A stretch of 64,000 bases of DNA, taken from the NCBI GenBank assembly GCA_963704165.1, contig CAVPHD010000005.1, forward strand, positions 32,001 to 96,000, in the 5' to 3' direction. Below, piece by piece: positions 60,371-64,000 of this stretch (position 1 is the first letter of the stretch; each line of letters starts with the position of its first letter). The stretch is from an uncultured delta proteobacterium. Lineage in GTDB: Bacteria > Myxococcota_A > UBA9160 > SZUA-336. A program made the position numbers and the translations under genes. The notes under the pieces were generated by a model. That model searched no databases. It had not been told where the DNA came from and saw nothing but the letters and a program-made list of their open reading frames with translations.

Positions 60371-61130
60371 TCACCACCGGATGAGCTCGCAGCCATAGCC
60401 AGCCCGAAGCGCCGATCGCGATGCAAGCCAGCGCGACGACCTGCGCATTCGTGAACGGACCGATCAGCATCGGATTCAAGCGGTAGCTCTCGATCACCAG
60501 CCGCCCGATGCCGGAAAGCACGAGGTACTCGCCAAAGAGAAACGGAGAGGGCCCGCGCCGTCGCCACAGAAGAGCGCCGACCGGGAGCAGCCAGAAGGTC
60601 TCGTAGAGCATGGTCGCGTGGACGCGAAAGACCTCGTTGGTCACGGGGTCGATGGTCGGCGGCAAGCCCTGTGGGAATGCCACGGCCCACGCGACATCGG
60701 AGCGCATTCCGTAGTCGTCACCGACGAGGAAACAACCGACCCGACCGAGCGCCTGACCGACGGCCAACGAAGTCGCCGCACAGTTCGCCGCCACGAGCAG
60801 CGGCACCTTGTGCAAGTGAGCCGCCCACAGTCCCAGGATCGTCCCGCCGAGAAATCCCCCGTACCAGGTGATCCCCCCGCGCGACGTGAGTAGCTCGAAC
60901 GCGCTCGCCGTGGGATCTCGCGCGATCTGCTCGGCCACGTACCAGAGCTTCGCGCCGAGCAACCCTCCGACCACGCACCAGGTGACGATGTCCCAGGCGG
61001 CCTTCGCGGGCAGGTCGACGCGTTCGAACGAGCGCGCAGCCAGATAGCCGCCGGCAACGAAGCCCAGCGCGACCATCACACCGAAGGTCGAGATGGGAAA
61101 GCCGAAGATTTCGAATAGGACGGGGTACAC
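60348..61130 (-). CDS. lgt: Prolipoprotein diacylglyceryl transferase
   Basis: PVLFEIFGFPI, GGITWYGG, GQALGRVGCF, HATMLYE, RLVIE. Confidence 0.9.
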   Translation of the reverse strand: MYPVLFEIFGFPISTFGVMVALGFVAGGYLAARSFERVDLPAKAAWDIVTWCVVGGLLGAKLWYVAEQIARDPTASAFELLTSRGGITWYGGFLGGTILGLWAAHLHKVPLLVAANCAATSLAVGQALGRVGCFLVGDDYGMRSDVAWAVAFPQGLPPTIDPVTNEVFRVHATMLYETFWLLPVGALLWRRRGPSPFLFGEYLVLSGIGRLVIESYRLNPMLIGPFTNAQVVALACIAIGASGWLWLRAHPVVIRPSSRH

Positions 61131-61151
61131 GCGCGAGCAGGATACCGAAGC

Positions 61152-62618
61152 CTACTCGGCGCGCTCATCCTCGCGCAGGCGCTCCTCGATCGCTGCGAGC
61201 TGCGCGGGGAAGCATTCCTTCGCGGCGCGTACGAACTCGGCGATTCTGCGCGTCTCGAAGAAGTCGGGATTCGAGTCACAGAGCTCGAGCCCGAGCAGGC
61301 GCACGTCGGGGCGCCCGCGGAGGAGCTCGAGATCGCGGCGATGCATGGTCTCGATGCTCGCGGCCGCCACCGTCTGCATGAGCCGAAGCTTTCCGATCCG
61401 ACCCGGATGAGAGCGGTAGTTCTGCAGGCCACCCGACAGCTTCACGTACACGATCACGAGCCGTTCGCGCTTCTCCACGCCGGCGGCTCGGTCGAGATCC
61501 CACTTCCTCACGATCGAATGCAACGGGACGTCCTCGGTGGTCGAGCCGTCGATGTAGTGGGACGTGTGCCCAACGCGTGGGATGACGCGCGGAACGAAGA
61601 GCAGCGGTACGCTCGACGAGGCAAGCGCCGCTGATCGCGCCTCCGTCTGGATCATGAACTCCTCGAGGTGGGGCGGAACCACGTCCGGCGTCAGTACCTC
61701 CGCACGGCAGTGCAGCAGGTTGAAGGCGATGCAGTAGAAGGGGATCCGCGGTTCGATCGCGCCGCAGTAGCGTTCGAGCATGCGCGAGAGTCCGTCGGCG
61801 CAGTCCACGAAGCCGGCGCCGGCGGAGCCCAGCGAGGGCAAGAGCGCGTCGCGGACCAGATGCCGCAGGAACTGGAGCTTCGAAGGGCGAAGCGCGAGAT
61901 CGACGCGACCCGTGTAGAGGTCGTAGCCGAGCTGCTCGATCGCATGTGGCGATAGCCCGTGCGCGTACATCAGTCCCGCCATCGCTCCGGCGCTCGAGCC
62001 CCAGACCTCGGTGAAGTGGTCGGCGACGCCCAGGGTCTCGAAGAGCTGGATCGCCGTCGCATGTGCGAACAGCTTCAGCCCCCCCGAGCCGAGCGAGAGC
62101 ACGACCCGCGCGCCCGGGTCTGAACAGACCGCGCGCAGCCGATGGAAGCGCTCGTGCAGTGCCGGAAGCGCGGTGTGGATCTCGGCCGGAACGACCTGCC
62201 AGACGTAACGGCGTTCACCGCCCGCTCGGTCGAGCACGAAGCCGTCCGCGGGAAGGCTGCGATTGCGGCCCAGGAAGCGGATTTCCACCGACCCGTTCGC
62301 TCGATCCTCGGCGAGCAGACGCGCGAGCACCGCCAGTCGGGCGTCCTCGGGTGGCCAGTCGTCGACCGAGCCATCGTGCGGGAGCGAGAAGCGCACCGGG
62401 AGCTCGCGCTCGTGAATGCGGCGGACGATTTCGAAGCGGAGGTCGAGGTTCTGCGCCTCGAGCAGCTCGACGTCGGTCAAATAGAACGAGCCGTCCGGTG
62501 CCTGAAACCGCAGCGGTGACTCGCGCTCTCGGAGCTCCGACCAGGCCTCGGGCGAGAGGTCGGGCTTGATCTGGACGACGTGACCCAAGGGGAGGCGGAA
62601 CTCCTTCGCTCGACGCAT
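61152..62618 (-). CDS. Patatin-like phospholipase with an unassigned N-terminal domain
   Basis: LSLGSGG oxyanion loop, GSSAG nucleophile, ASSSVP, YIDG. Confidence 0.82.
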   Translation of the reverse strand: MRRAKEFRLPLGHVVQIKPDLSPEAWSELRERESPLRFQAPDGSFYLTDVELLEAQNLDLRFEIVRRIHERELPVRFSLPHDGSVDDWPPEDARLAVLARLLAEDRANGSVEIRFLGRNRSLPADGFVLDRAGGERRYVWQVVPAEIHTALPALHERFHRLRAVCSDPGARVVLSLGSGGLKLFAHATAIQLFETLGVADHFTEVWGSSAGAMAGLMYAHGLSPHAIEQLGYDLYTGRVDLALRPSKLQFLRHLVRDALLPSLGSAGAGFVDCADGLSRMLERYCGAIEPRIPFYCIAFNLLHCRAEVLTPDVVPPHLEEFMIQTEARSAALASSSVPLLFVPRVIPRVGHTSHYIDGSTTEDVPLHSIVRKWDLDRAAGVEKRERLVIVYVKLSGGLQNYRSHPGRIGKLRLMQTVAAASIETMHRRDLELLRGRPDVRLLGLELCDSNPDFFETRRIAEFVRAAKECFPAQLAAIEERLREDERAE

Positions 62619-62786
62619 CGGCCGCTCCGCATGGCACCCTTAGAAGGTCAGGGCCGTGGCGCGATTCCGACAATAAAGTCCTTTCATGTCCAGCTAGTTG
62701 CAGGTTCGGACCACGTGCCGGACGCGCTCGGGCTGCCGCTCCGAGATGGGCTGACCGGAGTGCTCGCTCGGATCTGCCGATACTCG

Positions 62787-62814
62787 TTGACACCCCCCCC
62801 GGTCCAGATAGGCT
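62787..62814 (+). promoter_or_regulatory. Sigma70-type promoter TTGACA-N16-TAGGCT
   Basis: Perfect -35 about 55 bp upstream of the transglycosylase ATG. The spacer contains a C8 run whose length may be miscalled. Confidence 0.55.
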
Positions 62815-62845
62815 GTGCCCGGGAATCGGGGGGTATCGAGAGGCT

Positions 62846-63454
62846 ATGAACGACCTCGCCAAGCTTCGCCGGAACGCTCTGCTCGGTGGCCTCCTCCTCG
62901 TGCTCGGAGCGACCATGCTCGATGGCATGACCGCGACCTTCGAGTTCGTGCGGGGAGATCGGACCGAGCTCGCCCAGGTCAGGCGGGAGAGCGCGCTTCA
63001 GCGCGGGGTGGTCGCCGCGCTCGAGGCCAAGGCTCCGCGAGTGGATCCGCTGCTCTCCGCGCGGATCGCAGCCAGCATCGCGCGCTGTGGCCGCGAGCAG
63101 GCACTTCCACCCGACCTGGTCCTCGCGGTGCTGATGCAGGAGAGCAGTGCGCGCCCCGGTGCGCGCAGCCCGAAGGGCGCGATCGGGCTCATGCAGGTGA
63201 TGCCACACATGTACGAGGTCCTCGCACTCCCCGGCAGCGCGATGCACGTCGAGGCCAACATCGAGGCGGGCTGTCGGCTGCTCGCCGACAACATCCGACG
63301 GCTCGGCGAGGAGCGCGGAATCAGCAGCTACTGCTGGGGAAATGTCGTTGGCAATGATTTCTACCTGCGCCGCGTCCAGAAGCTTCGCCGCGATCTCCGG
63401 CCCTATCTGAACGACGTCAGCGTGCACGGCTCGATCGCCCCGGTCAGCGGATGA
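62846..63454 (+). CDS. Lytic transglycosylase (SLT domain)
   Basis: LVLAVLMQESS, SPKGAIGLMQVMP, NIEAG; N-terminal TM. Confidence 0.9.
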   Translation: MNDLAKLRRNALLGGLLLVLGATMLDGMTATFEFVRGDRTELAQVRRESALQRGVVAALEAKAPRVDPLLSARIAASIARCGREQALPPDLVLAVLMQESSARPGARSPKGAIGLMQVMPHMYEVLALPGSAMHVEANIEAGCRLLADNIRRLGEERGISSYCWGNVVGNDFYLRRVQKLRRDLRPYLNDVSVHGSIAPVSG

Positions 63455-63963
63455 AGCGTCCTGCGCGCGGTCGCGCCCGGCCGCGGCGCTCCAGCCACTT
63501 CGACGAGCACGGCGAAGCGCGGATGGTCGATGTCGGCGCGAAGGCGGTCACGGTGCGAGAGGCCATCGCCCGCGGCCGCGTCCGTCTCTCCCGCGAGGCA
63601 TTCGACGCCGTCGTCGAGGGAACGGCGAAGAAGGGAGATGTTCTCGCCGTCGCTCGGATCGCCGCGATCCAGGCCGCCAAGCGGACCTCGGATTGGATTC
63701 CTCTCTGTCACCCCCTGGCGCTCGATGCGTTGGAGGTCTCGTTCGAACCCGACTCCACCGGCCCGGCGATCTCGATCGAAGCGCGCGTCCGCACGAGCGC
63801 GCGCACGGGGGTCGAGATGGAGGCGATGGTCGCCGTTTCCGCGGCCGCCCTCACGATCTACGACATGTGCAAATCGATCGACCGCGGGATTTCGATCGAC
63901 GACGTGCGCCTGGTGCGGAAATCGGGCGGGAAGAGCGGGATCTACGAGCGCGCGGGTGAGTGA
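63451..63963 (+). CDS. moaC: Cyclic pyranopterin monophosphate synthase
   Basis: SHFDEHGEARMVDV, KKGDVL, IPLCHP, TGVEMEA, TIYDMCK, KSGGKSG. Confidence 0.96.
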   Translation: MKRPARGRARPRRSSHFDEHGEARMVDVGAKAVTVREAIARGRVRLSREAFDAVVEGTAKKGDVLAVARIAAIQAAKRTSDWIPLCHPLALDALEVSFEPDSTGPAISIEARVRTSARTGVEMEAMVAVSAAALTIYDMCKSIDRGISIDDVRLVRKSGGKSGIYERAGE

Positions 63964-64000
63964 GCCTGTCTTGTCAGCCTCGCGCCTGTAGGGATAAGCT

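Noticed and set aside
61152..62618. Patatin as a CBASS/CapV defence effector
   Set aside because: No cyclase or other defence genes are nearby, and the neighbours are housekeeping genes.
63971..64000. Possible promoter TTGTCA-N18-TAAGCT
   Set aside because: It is at the window edge with no downstream gene visible, so it cannot be supported.

Overview
High-GC (roughly 70% by eye) bacterial chromosomal segment. Gene content suggests a Myxococcota/deltaproteobacteria-like organism (inference only). It holds about 56 densely packed protein-coding genes for metabolism, transport and envelope functions. I found no rRNA, tRNA, CRISPR array, integrase or transposase. About 18 single-base indels break otherwise intact genes (fadE, nrdJ, astA, astD, regB/regA, puuD-like, GH1, DUF6600). 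They look like long-read consensus errors and create false fusions in the ORF track. Main points of interest: (1) A non-canonical arginine succinyltransferase (AST) operon: DUF971, M20 peptidase, astA, astD and an ArgZ/AgrE-type dihydrolase. The dihydrolase and the M20 peptidase sit where AstB and AstE would be expected, and regBA follows. (2) A CooA-type palindrome upstream of a DUF4398/OmpA operon, next to an 'RQ-helix' Crp regulator. (3) A sigmaE-type promoter plus a CRP box ahead of a FecR/DUF6600 operon. (4) Tandem NrdR boxes enclosed by a 20-bp inverted repeat upstream of nrdJ. (5) A structured leader before mgtE. (6) Markers of F420 use, a heteromeric acyl-CoA dehydrogenase pair, and a geranylgeranyl-reductase-like gene coupled to ETF:quinone oxidoreductase.
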